Shown: positions 1-10,479, counted from the stretch's first letter. The stretch is 32,000 bases of DNA from Xylella taiwanensis (GCF_013177435.1 NZ_CP053627.1:1290001-1322000); one strand, 5' to 3'. Notes: generated by a model from the letters alone, not told the origin. Made by a program: numbers and translations.

Positions 1-557
1 GCTGCTCTGACCACGCCTGCGGTGATTAGACGTGCTGCCTGCGCGAATACTTTGGCACTAGATGAGCAGGCGGTAGCTACAGTAACGCAGGGGCCACACA
101 GGTCCATGGCGTGTTGTACGAAATTGCCTAGCGAATGTGGGCTGTGGATAGTGGTTCTTTGCATATCGTCGGGGAAGCGTGCGCCCTCGGCATCGTATTC
201 CATCCGGGTATAAGCCTCTTCAGCTGCACCGATGCTGGATGTCGAGGTACCCATGATCACTGCTACCTGTGCTTTGCCATACCGTGTTCGTGCCTCTGCG
301 ACTGCCTCGGCCAATCTGTCCTGCTGCAGTGCCAGCCAAGCCAGCCGATTATTGCGGCATTCCCAGGGACGCAGTGCTTGGGGAAGTGTCATGGTTTCCA
401 ACCCGTCGACGCGTCCGATCCAGCACGTTAGCGGCTGTACGCCGAAATCATTACGGCGGAGCCCGCTGCGGCGCGTGCGTAGTGCTTCAGCAAGTGCGGC
501 TTGCCCGGTGCCTACCGCAGTAGTAGCAGTGAAGGCAGTGATAGCGATAGGAACCAT
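1..557 (-). CDS. beta-ketoacyl-ACP synthase (KAS I/II, FabB/FabF-like), N-terminal part; gene runs off the left window edge
   Basis: My own minus-strand translation from the ATG (complement of 555-557) reads MVPIAITAFTATTAVGTGQAALAEALRTRRSGL...AQVAVIMGTSTSSIG...LCGPCVTVATACSSSAKVF. ATACSSS is the active-site Cys block of condensing enzymes. The gene is missing from the ORF track because it has no stop in the window. The + strand ORFs at 22-615 are antisense shadows of it. Confidence 0.8.
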   Translation of the reverse strand, partial: MVPIAITAFTATTAVGTGQAALAEALRTRRSGLRRNDFGVQPLTCWIGRVDGLETMTLPQALRPWECRNNRLAWLALQQDRLAEAVAEARTRYGKAQVAVIMGTSTSSIGAAEEAYTRMEYDAEGARFPDDMQRTTIHSPHSLGNFVQHAMDLCGPCVTVATACSSSAKVFAQAARLITAGVVRA

Positions 558-989
558 GCGTGCTGAAGGCTGCAATGGACTCATTCGACCAGATCTGTTG
601 GGCAGGAACATTTGATTAGTATATTGATGCTATCGAGCCGGGCTACCAGTTCATTGCAACATTCAGTTGTGGTGCTTCTGGGCTTCCTTAGTGATTTCCG
701 CGACAATTTCATTCAAATCCACACTTTTGTGTGGCTACATTTGCATCCATGCTTATGTTTACAAGGGTTACCGCAATCAGAAGACTTGCGTCTACCTGTC
801 TGGTTACGTTCGTCATATTGTCAAATATGGCGTGCGAGCAATTTCGGATGCTTGTGTTCGTGCTTGAGATCGCATTGATCTTGGGTGTGTGCTTAGCCAA
901 GAGTGTCCAGGCCAAGGTACAGGACCAACTGACTGAATGCGACTTCATGTTGTTGCTGTATTCATTCCGATCAGTCGATAGGTTTGGAG

Positions 990-3900
990 ATGACTGAAAT
1001 TTTGAGCGTGCGTGCACCGTTGAAGTTGTTTGTGCTGGTGCTGTTCGCGGCAGTGCTACTGCATCTGCTTGCTGGATTTGGGGGAGGGGCGGTATTAGCG
1101 CTGTGGGGAGCGCAACCGATGCTGGCGCTAAGTGTGTCTTGGTTACGTGGAACACGCGCACTGCCTCATTCGCTACGTGATCTGTGCCGGCAATGGCTGT
1201 TGCTTGCTGGGCTGTGGGCTGGTGGTTTGAGTGTCGTGGTGTTGCCGGCGTTATGGCCGCTGGCTGTGCTGCGTAACAGCGGTAGTCTTGCGGCGGCATT
1301 GGCGTTGAGTGTTGCTGTCAGTATCAGTCTGCTAGCACTTTGGCGCACTTGGCCATTATGGTCACAGATGGAACGTGGGCCGTGTACGCTTCGCAGCAGT
1401 TGGTACGTTTTGCCAAGACATGATTTGGCATCCTGGCCAGGCCTTGGTACAGCCGTTCTGGTGCTGATGATCGGTTCTGTGGCCGTGGCGCTGGCTTGGC
1501 CTGGGTTACTCGCGCCATCTATGCGTTGGATATTGTCTTTTGTCAGTGCGTTACTGGCGCTGCCGGTGCATCTGCTGCTGCAAGGGGTTCAACCGCGTGG
1601 GTTGAGAGCAAGAAGTGTGCCGCCAATTGCAAGAGAACTGTTGGCTGAAGTGGCGGCGGTGCCACGGACGCTGGTACCGATTGCAAGCGACCGACTGGTC
1701 GCGGATTTGTATGAAGCAGCTCGTACCGGCCGTGTCGATCATGCGTTGCAATTACTTGAGGTCGGTGCGGACCCACATGCGCTGCCCTTCGCAAAGGCAC
1801 GTGACCAACGTAGTTTGATGGTGTTGGCTGCAATCTTGCCGGACCTGCGCTTGCTGCGTGAGCTTATTGTACGTCGCGTCGACGTTAACCAGCGACACCG
1901 CGGTATGACAGCGTTGTTAGCTGCTACCCGCGACAGCTGGCATGGCCGGCCTGAGGCGGTATTGACTTTGCTGGCAAACGGTGCAGATCCACGTATTGTC
2001 GATGCTGATCGCAATACTCCCTTGCATCATGCCGCCCGCAGTTGTGATCCGGGGGTGGCGGCGTTGTTACGTGATGCGGCGGCGGAGTTGGATGCGCTCA
2101 ACTGCGATGGCTTTTCGCCGCTTGCCGTTGCTTGTCAAGTTGGCAATTGGCATCTGGCCAAATTTTTGCTTGAACGCGGTGCCCAGCCAGAGCCGGTTGG
2201 GGGTACTCCGGTCTTGTTAGCTGCGGCTGGCACCGATGAGGATGATCCAACGGGAGTGCTGCTGTTGCTCAAGCATAAGGCTCGGGTGGATGCACGCGAT
2301 CGGTTGCGTCGCAGTGCGCTGCACGACGCTACCGAGGCTGGCCACATCGAGATTGTCAAAGCGCTGCTGGGGGCTGCTGCTAACCTGGAGGCGCGGGACA
2401 TGGGGGGGCGCACGCCGTGGCTGGAGGCAGCTCGGCACGCACGCACTGTGGTGTTGGAGTGCCTGTTGTCCTACAAGGCCGACAAGTTGGCTTTCGATAG
2501 CGAGGGTCGCAATGCGGTGTTTTTGGCTTGCTTGGCCGAGCGGGTGACTCCGATGTTAATCCGGCGTTTGCTGGAAATTGGCGTGCCAGTCGTAGCGGAC
2601 AAGCATGGCTATCGTCCGGTTGATATCGCTGCTAAGGCTGGGCGTTGGTTGATCGTATCCCTGCTCGATCCCGACTATCCCCTGCCCGTGGCTGTGAGTG
2701 AACCTATCAGTGTCGGTGCGGCGGTACCTGGGTTGCTGGATCGTCCACCACTGACATTGCTGCGTGAGGGGCTGCAGTTGGGTAGTTTTGGCAATTTGCC
2801 GGCCTTAACCAAACTGTGTAATGCAGAAGAAATGGGGACGCTTTTGCATGATCCGCACTTGGCATTGAATCCTGATGTAGTTGATTGGTTGCTAAATCAT
2901 GGAGCTGCACCGACGGTGCGTAATACCTCTGGGGACGTGCCGATCTTTTCATTATTGGCGTGTGGTATCGAGGCAGTACCGACTTTGAAGGTGTTGTTGC
3001 GTCATGGTGTATCGCCCGCTGGCGCCGGCGGGTTGGGACGGTGGTTGGCTGTCTGTGTAAAGTGTGATGCCGCTTCGCGCGGTATGGAGCAGTTTGCCTG
3101 TGAGCTGTTGGAGCATGGTGCCGATCCGTTTGTGCCTTCACCAGATGGCGACCCGCCACTGGTGTTGGCAGTACGGCTGGGCTGGTTACGTTTGCAACAG
3201 GCTTTACTGGAGCGTGGAGTGGACCGTGAGGCTCGTGATAGCTACGGTATGACCGCATTGCACCAGGCAACCATTCTTGGTCGTGAAGCGGCTTTGAAGC
3301 TCTTGGTGATGTATGGCGCAGATCCGAATGCACGCACTGCTGACGGCCAGACCTCGCTGGGTATGGCCCTATCCAGTGGTCGACGTGACTTGGCTGCCTG
3401 GTTGGACTGGCGTAACTGGTCACTGCCGCGTCGTCCGTTACGAGAGGCCGATATGCCGGATGCGGCGATGAAAGGAGATACTGAAGCGGTGCGCCGCTTG
3501 CTTGATTTGGGGCTGCCGGTAGATGCGGTTGACGCACAGGGGTGTACCGCACTATTGCGTGCTGCTGGTGGTGGCCATCTACCAGTGGTGCGTCTGCTGC
3601 TGATGCGTGGGGCCGACCTGCAGCGTGCCGCCAACAATGGAGCCACGCCGCTGTCGGCAGCGGTAAGTATGCGCCAGAATGAGATCGTTCCCGCTCTTTT
3701 GGAAGCGGGTGCGCCACTTGAGCATCGTTTACCGGAGGGGATGACGGTACTGATGTTGGCTTCTGCACTGGGTTTTCCGGACATTGCGATGCGCCTGATT
3801 GCGGCTGGTGCTGATGTACATGCCAGCAATGTGCTGGGCTTTGCCGCGCTTCATTGTGCAGCGCTATATGGCTTTAGTGCCCGTGACAAGAGTCGGTTGT

Positions 3901-4307
3901 TGGCGCTGTTGGATACATTGCTCTTGGCCGGAGCCAATCCGGAGCAGCCCGCTGACGGTAGAACCACTCCATTGCTCCTATTGCTTGGTGCACGTGCCGA
4001 ACGAGGTGCAGTCTGTGACGAGCAGGTTGTGCTGGCTGGAGTTGAGCGCCTACTTGATGAGGGAGTCACTTTAGACGTGGTAGACACGCACGGTTTCGGG
4101 CCACTTCACTTGGCTGCACTACATGGTTTGCCACTTTTAGTGCAATGTTTGCTGCGTGCTGGTGCTGATTCAGATCGTCGTGATGCGCTCAACCGTCAGC
4201 CGCGTGAGATTGCAATCATGCGTGGTTTCATTGATGTTGCAGGGCAATTTGAGTCGGAACAACTGGGTGTTGCTTCGATGGGACGATTTTTGCGTGATGA
4301 GTGTTGA
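990..4307 (+). CDS. large membrane-anchored ankyrin-repeat protein (~1100 aa)
   Basis: This is the 1107-aa ORF 984-4307 (TTG at 984, first ATG at 990; the start is uncertain). The first ~200 aa contain about five hydrophobic helices (LKLFVLVLFAAVLLHLLAGF, LLLAGLWAGGLSVVVLPALWPLAVL, AAALALSVAVSISLLALW, GLGTAVLVLMIGSVAVALAW, WILSFVSALLALPVHLLL). The rest is tandem ANK-type repeats (TPLHHAAR..., SALHDATEAGHIEIVKALLGAAANLEARD, MTALHQATILGREAALKLLVMYGADPNART, CTALLRAAGGGHLPVVRLLLMRGADLQ). I counted about 21 LLxxGAxxx repeat ends by eye. Confidence 0.85.
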   Translation: MTEILSVRAPLKLFVLVLFAAVLLHLLAGFGGGAVLALWGAQPMLALSVSWLRGTRALPHSLRDLCRQWLLLAGLWAGGLSVVVLPALWPLAVLRNSGSLAAALALSVAVSISLLALWRTWPLWSQMERGPCTLRSSWYVLPRHDLASWPGLGTAVLVLMIGSVAVALAWPGLLAPSMRWILSFVSALLALPVHLLLQGVQPRGLRARSVPPIARELLAEVAAVPRTLVPIASDRLVADLYEAARTGRVDHALQLLEVGADPHALPFAKARDQRSLMVLAAILPDLRLLRELIVRRVDVNQRHRGMTALLAATRDSWHGRPEAVLTLLANGADPRIVDADRNTPLHHAARSCDPGVAALLRDAAAELDALNCDGFSPLAVACQVGNWHLAKFLLERGAQPEPVGGTPVLLAAAGTDEDDPTGVLLLLKHKARVDARDRLRRSALHDATEAGHIEIVKALLGAAANLEARDMGGRTPWLEAARHARTVVLECLLSYKADKLAFDSEGRNAVFLACLAERVTPMLIRRLLEIGVPVVADKHGYRPVDIAAKAGRWLIVSLLDPDYPLPVAVSEPISVGAAVPGLLDRPPLTLLREGLQLGSFGNLPALTKLCNAEEMGTLLHDPHLALNPDVVDWLLNHGAAPTVRNTSGDVPIFSLLACGIEAVPTLKVLLRHGVSPAGAGGLGRWLAVCVKCDAASRGMEQFACELLEHGADPFVPSPDGDPPLVLAVRLGWLRLQQALLERGVDREARDSYGMTALHQATILGREAALKLLVMYGADPNARTADGQTSLGMALSSGRRDLAAWLDWRNWSLPRRPLREADMPDAAMKGDTEAVRRLLDLGLPVDAVDAQGCTALLRAAGGGHLPVVRLLLMRGADLQRAANNGATPLSAAVSMRQNEIVPALLEAGAPLEHRLPEGMTVLMLASALGFPDIAMRLIAAGADVHASNVLGFAALHCAALYGFSARDKSRLLALLDTLLLAGANPEQPADGRTTPLLLLLGARAERGAVCDEQVVLAGVERLLDEGVTLDVVDTHGFGPLHLAALHGLPLLVQCLLRAGADSDRRDALNRQPREIAIMRGFIDVAGQFESEQLGVASMGRFLRDEC

Positions 4308-5412
4308 GCCAAATTGCTGCTGCAGTGCTAGTTATTTGTTTTAAAACGATGGTGTATCGTTAGAAACGGATTGATATTCCCCATTCCCCTATGCATCTAA
4401 CGAAAATAATTGGCTCAGAAGTTTTTTCTAGGTGATATTGTAGTGTTTCTACGTAAAGAGATCATTGGATGTGTTTTTCAAACGTATTTAAGATGCCACC
4501 GAAATCATTCTTTCGAATGAGGGCAAGGGTGATCGAATAGATTCTATTAATGTCGATTTGCTGGAGTGTCGAATTAGGTTGGTGCGTTCTTAATAGGATG
4601 CTAGCCGACAGCAGTGTGAGTTCATGACGTTGCTTCTTCATATGTGATTGTTGGTCGATCTAAGTTGGATTGATCGACGGCATTTTAAGTCGGGTTAGTC
4701 TGGATACGGCTGGCTGAGGCAGTAATTTGCTTTGTGCAATTGCTAATCCTGATAAAGTCCTACGGTGGGCATTGTAGAGTGTTCAGGCGACGCTTTTATC
4801 CTAATTTGGCGTCTCCATTGATGTTGATGGGCCCATTTAACTTAGATGCGGTCTATTTTCCGTGCAGATGGTTTTTTCTGTGAAACGCTTTGATTTTCTG
4901 CATTTTCCAACAATGTTGCGTTGCTTTTCCCGTACTCAGCCATATCGTGTTTTCTGTGTTGGGACTATATCTTTATTTGAAATATGTAAAGAAAATTTGT
5001 TTATATTGTGTATAGTGCCCCCTTGTCGTGATTGAATACCGTTTTAACTTCCCATCGGGTCTGTAAGAGTGGACCAGGATTTTCTGATTTCCAGCATCGT
5101 TTGTATCATAGGGAACTTCGTCTGGTTTTGGATCGTTGAGGATGTGGCAGCTCGATCCGCCTATACCGCCTGCTGATTGAATAAAACTAATACTGTCGCG
5201 TGTTGCCGATTTTGTTGTCTGTATTCAGGGCGATAATGACTTTTCATAAATCTCTAGGAAAAGGTTTGTTATCCTCTATTCAAATCTGCGCTTGTATAGT
5301 TTTTCAGCTGTCTATGCATTTGTTGCGCGTTTCGTGAGTAGGATATTCATTGTGCTGTGTGTAGCTATTTTTAAAAGTTTTTCATAGGGCTGATCCAAGG
5401 GCATTGCAAACA

Positions 5413-8001
5413 TTAGGTTTGATCGTAATTCTCCTCACGGCGCTTGGGACCTATGGAGATCAGGCGGGTGACATCAAGTAACGCTGCGATCAGGTGCATA
5501 CCGCCAGGTGCCACTAAGTAGCGGGGGCGCCAGTTGGGTGAGAACTTGGCTTTGAACCGGCGTAGCCCGCTGAAGCCGTAGAAGCGTTCGCCATGCCGTG
5601 CGACTAAGTTGGCGAACCGGTTCCAGCGTCCGGCTAAATGGTGTTGGGCCAAGCCTGAGAGAGGTGCCATCCCTAAAGAGAACCGCTGGAAACCTCGCTC
5701 TTTCCCCCATAGGAGCATGGCTACAAACAGGAAGTCCATCGTGCCATTGGGTGCGTCTTGGCAGTATCGCATCAAATCTATCGATAGCTCGCTGCCTGCT
5801 TGCGCTTTCAAGATGTTTGCGAAGGCGATGATCCGCTGTTCAGTCCCGTGCTCGATCACCGCGAGTGGAAAGCGGTACAGGTAGATAGGATCGAAATTGC
5901 CTAGTGAAAAGCTTTTTTCTTCACTGCCTTTTTCTTCCAGCCATTCGTCAGAGATCTGACGGAGCCGAGGGATCAGTGGTCTGACTTCTTCTTCCGAAAG
6001 AATACGAAAATTCAGCCCCAGTCGTTTACCTTTGTTGAATGCCTGCCGCATTTCAGCGTTAGCGGGTCCTTCCAGGCTGAATTTTTCAAGATCAACGATT
6101 GCTTCCTCTCCAAGCTTGACCATGGTCATACCCAGATCCAGGTAGTTCTGCCAATAGTTGCCCGCGACTTGATAAAACACTGGGCGCAATCCAAGTCGGT
6201 CAGCTACTTCACGGAAGCGCCAGATTAGTTGAGTAGCTGCTTCAGGTGGCCCAATTGGGTCACCCATTGCGATGAGTGAACCGCCGTAGCGCTGCATCAT
6301 TACGAAGCTGCATTTCTGAGGATCGTGCAGCAACGCCTTGTCCCCGGTCATGGCCAAACAGGCTTTTGTATCTTTGTTATTGGCCAGTATCGGCACCAAC
6401 GTTTGCAACTCAGCTTCGCTGGCTGGTGTGAATGGCCGTCGGGCACTATGCAGTAAACGCGCCAAGCCGAACACGATCAAACAAACACATATCAATAACA
6501 ATGCACGCAGTGCGCGCGGCGCGTTGCCAGAAGTTGCGAATTCCCACCACAGACTGTTGCTGTACTCAACGTGGCTATAGACGAAGAACAGCAGCCAGAA
6601 CGTGCTAACCATGACGATGCCCAGATTACTCAGCCAGCGCCACGACCAAGCCTCGTCTAGCAGGGCACCCTGGCGGTAAAACTCACGCCGTGCTACCCAG
6701 AGTGTTACTGCGGTCAGGCCAGCCCACAGTGAGACCGAGTAGTGGCTACCGCGTAACAGCGCCAGTGGCGGCAGTAATATGCAGATGCCTAACGCCAACA
6801 GCCAAGCTGAGTGGCTACGTCGTTGCAGCCCCTGGCCAATGAGCAATAGCACTACGCCACCAAGGCTGACCAGTAAATGTGAAGTCTCGATGAGTGGAAG
6901 GGGTGCGACATCCTGCCGTGACTTCGGTGTCGGCAAGGTACCGTCTACCACCAGGATTGCACCAATTGCGAACACTGCTAGTGCGATGATTTTGGGGAGC
7001 CAGGGGCGTACTGTCTTCCAGATTGCGAGTGCAGTGCCGGCGCTGACTCGCATTGGTTGACGCAGAGCGGTGCTTACAGCGATTGCTAGCGCAATTATAG
7101 TAGGCAAGACGTAATAGGTGATGCGATAGGCCAGCGCGGCTGCTAGTACTACGCCAGGTGGAATCTGAGGCAGAAGTTTAAGCATGCTCCATTCGAATAC
7201 ACCAAGCCCTGCTGGCACTGTGGATATCAACCCAGCGACGACAGCAACCAGCCATAGGCCGATGAAGCCGAAGTAGCCTGTGTTCGTGTCCGATGGCAAC
7301 AGCACATAGAATGCGGCGCTAGCCAGACCTAGTTCGACGATGCTGAGCGCGGTTACACCGAGCACGGTGCGTCTATCCGGCACCCAGAAGAGTTGCCGAC
7401 CGAGGCCGAACTCTCGACCATTGCTACCAACGAGCCAAAGCATCACCATGAATGCAGTGAGCAAGACAATACCTGTACTGCGGATCCCTATGGTGTCCAG
7501 TGGCAGTACTGATGTGGCTGTGGTCGGTTCGAGCGCTAATGCCAAACCCAGCAGCACCCAAGCACCGAATATGAAGCCTAGTGTGCTCATCAATACTGTT
7601 TGACCGATTTCGATTAAGCTCAATCCCACTTTGCCGTAGCTGCGTAGCCGCACTGCCCCTCCTGTTAGCGCAGCAAAGCCCAACGTCTGGCCGATTGTGT
7701 GGGCGAGGAAGGCGGTAATCGCCACCCGTGCAGGATGTAGACGCTTGCCGGCACGTTGTAGACCGATCCAATCGAAGCCTACCAAGCAGGCGTAGCTGCA
7801 CAGCCCAAGTACCAGGGTCATCACGATTTGCCAAGTGGTAAATGCTTTGAATGCCAGGCGGATCTGGTGATAGCCATGATCGGTAAAGTGGCTAGACAAG
7901 GCATGTAACGCCATGCCGAGAATGAGCAGACTGATTAATACCGGAATGGCGCGGCGCCAGCTAGATTGGCTGTGGACGTTGTGGGTGCTGGTATCCGTCA
8001 T
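5413..8001 (-). CDS. mprF: bifunctional lysyl-phosphatidylglycerol synthase/flippase (MprF family)
   Basis: This is an 862-aa ORF. The N-terminal ~530 aa are a polytopic hydrophobic domain. The C-terminal soluble domain carries MprF-type blocks: SFSLGNFDPIYL, DLMRYCQDAPNGTMDFLF, FSLGMAPLSGL, YGFSGLRRFKAKFSPNWRPRYL. Confidence 0.85.
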   Translation of the reverse strand: MTDTSTHNVHSQSSWRRAIPVLISLLILGMALHALSSHFTDHGYHQIRLAFKAFTTWQIVMTLVLGLCSYACLVGFDWIGLQRAGKRLHPARVAITAFLAHTIGQTLGFAALTGGAVRLRSYGKVGLSLIEIGQTVLMSTLGFIFGAWVLLGLALALEPTTATSVLPLDTIGIRSTGIVLLTAFMVMLWLVGSNGREFGLGRQLFWVPDRRTVLGVTALSIVELGLASAAFYVLLPSDTNTGYFGFIGLWLVAVVAGLISTVPAGLGVFEWSMLKLLPQIPPGVVLAAALAYRITYYVLPTIIALAIAVSTALRQPMRVSAGTALAIWKTVRPWLPKIIALAVFAIGAILVVDGTLPTPKSRQDVAPLPLIETSHLLVSLGGVVLLLIGQGLQRRSHSAWLLALGICILLPPLALLRGSHYSVSLWAGLTAVTLWVARREFYRQGALLDEAWSWRWLSNLGIVMVSTFWLLFFVYSHVEYSNSLWWEFATSGNAPRALRALLLICVCLIVFGLARLLHSARRPFTPASEAELQTLVPILANNKDTKACLAMTGDKALLHDPQKCSFVMMQRYGGSLIAMGDPIGPPEAATQLIWRFREVADRLGLRPVFYQVAGNYWQNYLDLGMTMVKLGEEAIVDLEKFSLEGPANAEMRQAFNKGKRLGLNFRILSEEEVRPLIPRLRQISDEWLEEKGSEEKSFSLGNFDPIYLYRFPLAVIEHGTEQRIIAFANILKAQAGSELSIDLMRYCQDAPNGTMDFLFVAMLLWGKERGFQRFSLGMAPLSGLAQHHLAGRWNRFANLVARHGERFYGFSGLRRFKAKFSPNWRPRYLVAPGGMHLIAALLDVTRLISIGPKRREENYDQT

Positions 8002-8623
8002 GAGTCAGACATTCTGTCAAGAGAAAAAATCCATTTCCAAGTTGTTACTTACACCATGTGACGCCTGGGGTGATCAGTGACAGCACACACATCAAGGGCG
8101 ACAGATTGAAGAGTAAAGTGGGAAAAGCAAAGATGTAGCATGGCATGATCCATTGCTATCAGTGTGTCCGAAGGGCATATAAATCCTTAAGATATTTGAG
8201 GAAACATATGCGGTATAACGAGCGGTAGAGGGCAATAGGGGGCGGCTTTTTCTCGGCAGTGTTTGCGTAGCGATTTGGCGAAAGTTGACGTTGCATCTAT
8301 ACGGGCCCATATAGTTTTTTGCTGCGAGTGGCATATTGTCAGTCGGCGTTCCACCACAGCTTTCATTTGTAGCGTCACAGTGGTCGGTCTGTTCTTGGGT
8401 GTCGGCTAGGCCTGATTGGATTTGCCATTGTTGACGGCTGGGTTACAGCGTGTCTGTTTGATGCTTGGTTGTTCATGCATCCTTACTGTTGTGCATATAC
8501 CAGCTTAATTCATGCGTTATTGTAGCGATCTTGCTGTAGCCGTGCTATTTCCCCGTGATCTTCGCTGTAGGGGCTGTGCATAGGGTGCTGATGGGAATGC
8601 TTACTTAATTCGAGGTGCCTGGA

Positions 8624-8968
8624 ATGTTGCAACGATTCGAAACTGGCGTGCGCATGTCCGAGATGACCGTGTACCACGGGATTTGCTATCTGGCGGGACA
8701 GGTGCCTGAAGATACTAGTGTTGGTATCGGACGTCAGACTGAGCAAGTGCTGGCCGAGATAGACCGACTCTTGGCGCTTGTGGCCAGCGACAAGAGTAAG
8801 ATATTACGAGCTGAAATCTTTCTTGCCGACATTGGTGATTTTTCTGGTATGAACGAAGTTTGGGATGCCTGGGTACCTCAAGGCTTCACGCCGGCGCGTA
8901 TGACTGTACAAGCCAAGCTGGCCAATCCGGCATGGAAGGTCGAAATTATGGTGACTGCTGCACTATGA
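8624..8968 (+). CDS. RidA/YjgF/UK114-family (Rid) protein
   Basis: The ORF is 8615-8968. I prefer the ATG at 8624 because a GAGG at 8612-8615 lies 8 nt upstream. The size (~114 aa) and sequence (YLAGQVPED...QTEQVLAEIDRLL...ILRAEIFLADIGDFSGMNEVWDAW...PARMTVQAKLA...VEIMVTAAL) fit the YjgF fold family. Confidence 0.75.
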   Translation: MLQRFETGVRMSEMTVYHGICYLAGQVPEDTSVGIGRQTEQVLAEIDRLLALVASDKSKILRAEIFLADIGDFSGMNEVWDAWVPQGFTPARMTVQAKLANPAWKVEIMVTAAL

Positions 8969-9352
8969 GCTATTTGCGTGACTGGTGTAGTCCATTATCA
9001 CACTGTTTACTCGTTGACCAAATAGGGGCATCGTTTGTACGAGTTGAATCCGGTCAAAACGCAGATCTCAGAGTTGCACTAGATGGTCATCCCTTCTTTA
9101 TTGGACGACGCTGAACATCGTGTCTAGCAGTATACGCCTGCCTCCTGAGGGAATATCCGATCGCACATTTTTGATGTTCACCTATTAGGCTTATCACCTG
9201 AGGAAGTGTCTTGCTTTTTGTGCTGTCATTGATTCCAAATGCTCTGACTAGTTGTGCATCTTGCTATTCAAGATGAAAGTCAATTTGTTTAGTAGTAGCT
9301 TTAATTTGGTCAAGCTGTCTTAGTGCGATTTTAAGATATCATCATTGGATAT

Positions 9353-9429
9353 GGCCTCGTGGCGCAACTGGATAGCGCGACGACCTCCTAAGTCGTAGGT
9401 TGTGGGTTCAAATCCCGCCGGGGCCACCA
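9353..9429 (+). tRNA. tRNA-Arg (anticodon CCT)
   Basis: Hand-folded cloverleaf: acceptor GGCCTCG/CGGGGCC, D stem GCGC/GCGC, anticodon stem ACGAC/GTCGT with loop CTCCTAA, T arm GTGGG-TTCAAAT-CCCGC, and an encoded CCA. Confidence 0.9.
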
Positions 9430-9618
9430 AACTTTTAGGGTTACTGACGAAGTTTTGATGATGTCTGTCGAATGCATCATCTATCCAGTCCTCTGTTTTT
9501 TTCTTTTTGCGGCCTCTGATGAGTTTTACAGGCGAGTGGTACAAGGAGTCGATGGGTTGGTCCTGCTCGAATATACAATTGGATTAATCTATTAGGAGCT
9601 CTATTATTGAGTCATTAA

Positions 9619-10479
9619 CTAGAGATCTTGTTCGTAGCGTACGTACGGTACCGTACCGTCGTTACTGTTCTCATTGCTTGGTGCAAACGGATTATTACCA
9701 CGACTGATGATATTTTCGGCACCGACCGAGAAATGGCCGCTCCAAGGCGTGCGCCAAGTTAAACCCAAACCAATACCTTTCAGTTTCTCGGGACGGCGGC
9801 CAGGAGCGTCGACCACACGGCCAATGATATGGGCGCTGAACGATCCGTAACCACCGCCGATGCTGAGAGTTTTACTGTCCCACTGGCCAGCTAGATCGGC
9901 AGTGGCATTGGTCAGCGGGACTACACGTGCGAGCGCATAGGTACCTGCTATCGAGACGAAGCCTTCTCTACCTGTACTTTTCTGGCCAAACACAGTTAGG
10001 TTGTTTTGCTCGACTTTGGTCAAATTACTACCAAATAACCATGTTGGCAGGATATTGCGAACGGTACTGAAGGTTAATCCGAAGCGGGTAGAGTTGTTAT
10101 TAAACAAGGCAGTAGCTGCGATCCGTGGACTGCCATTATTTGCATTAGTCTCGTCCAAGCTGGCAAGCATGCAATGGGTAGTCAAGCCGAGCATACTGAT
10201 TCCGCTGCCGTTATTACACAGTAGTCCCAGCGAACTACTTGGGGATAGACCAAACGCTGTGTCCAGCGAATTTTTGTTGAAGTTCCAGCGTGTGCCGATT
10301 TTCTGTTCACCAGCAGGTTCTAGGTACAATAGAGCTTCAACCTTCCCGCTGCCTTTATCCAAGATTGGCAGTATTGTGCTGTTAATAGAGTGAGAGTGGA
10401 TTGTTGACTGTGCATGCGCACCCAGCGCGGTCGCTAGGGCGACCATTAGTGCAAGCAGCAGATGAGTCAACATTTTCAT
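9619..10479 (-). CDS. secreted / outer-membrane beta-barrel-like protein of unknown function
   Basis: The ORF is 9619-10512, with a likely start at the internal MKMLTHLLLALMVALATALGAHA|QS, a classic signal peptide. The mature part is rich in Gly/Ser/Asn/Thr with alternating aromatic and hydrophobic residues (GLGLTWRTPWSGHFSVGAENI). I recognised no family. Confidence 0.55.
   Translation of the reverse strand: MKMLTHLLLALMVALATALGAHAQSTIHSHSINSTILPILDKGSGKVEALLYLEPAGEQKIGTRWNFNKNSLDTAFGLSPSSSLGLLCNNGSGISMLGLTTHCMLASLDETNANNGSPRIAATALFNNNSTRFGLTFSTVRNILPTWLFGSNLTKVEQNNLTVFGQKSTGREGFVSIAGTYALARVVPLTNATADLAGQWDSKTLSIGGGYGSFSAHIIGRVVDAPGRRPEKLKGIGLGLTWRTPWSGHFSVGAENIISRGNNPFAPSNENSNDGTVPYVRYEQDL

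Noticed and set aside
22-615. Four overlapping + strand ORFs (63-127 aa) at the left edge
   Set aside because: They are antisense shadows of a clearly recognisable minus-strand KAS gene (ATACSSS motif). Their translations are Cys/Arg/Ser-rich with no features.
1166-4087. Numerous ORFs inside or antisense to the ankyrin gene, including a 353-aa minus-strand ORF (2707-3768) and a 195-aa one (3242-3829)
   Set aside because: Long stop-free antisense frames are expected in GC-rich, repeat-rich coding DNA. Their products are Pro/Arg/His/Ser-rich low-complexity strings. The + strand frame has coherent ANK repeats throughout.
9320-9544. 74-aa minus-strand ORF covering tRNA-Arg; likewise 16838-17233 over tRNA-Gly and 20776-20976 over tRNA-Thr
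   Set aside because: Each contains the tell-tale antisense-of-tRNA peptide (for example ...AGFEPTTYDLGG..., ...RTRDLNLGKVALYQLSY..., ...VRFERTTY). These ORFs are artefacts of stop-free tRNA complements.
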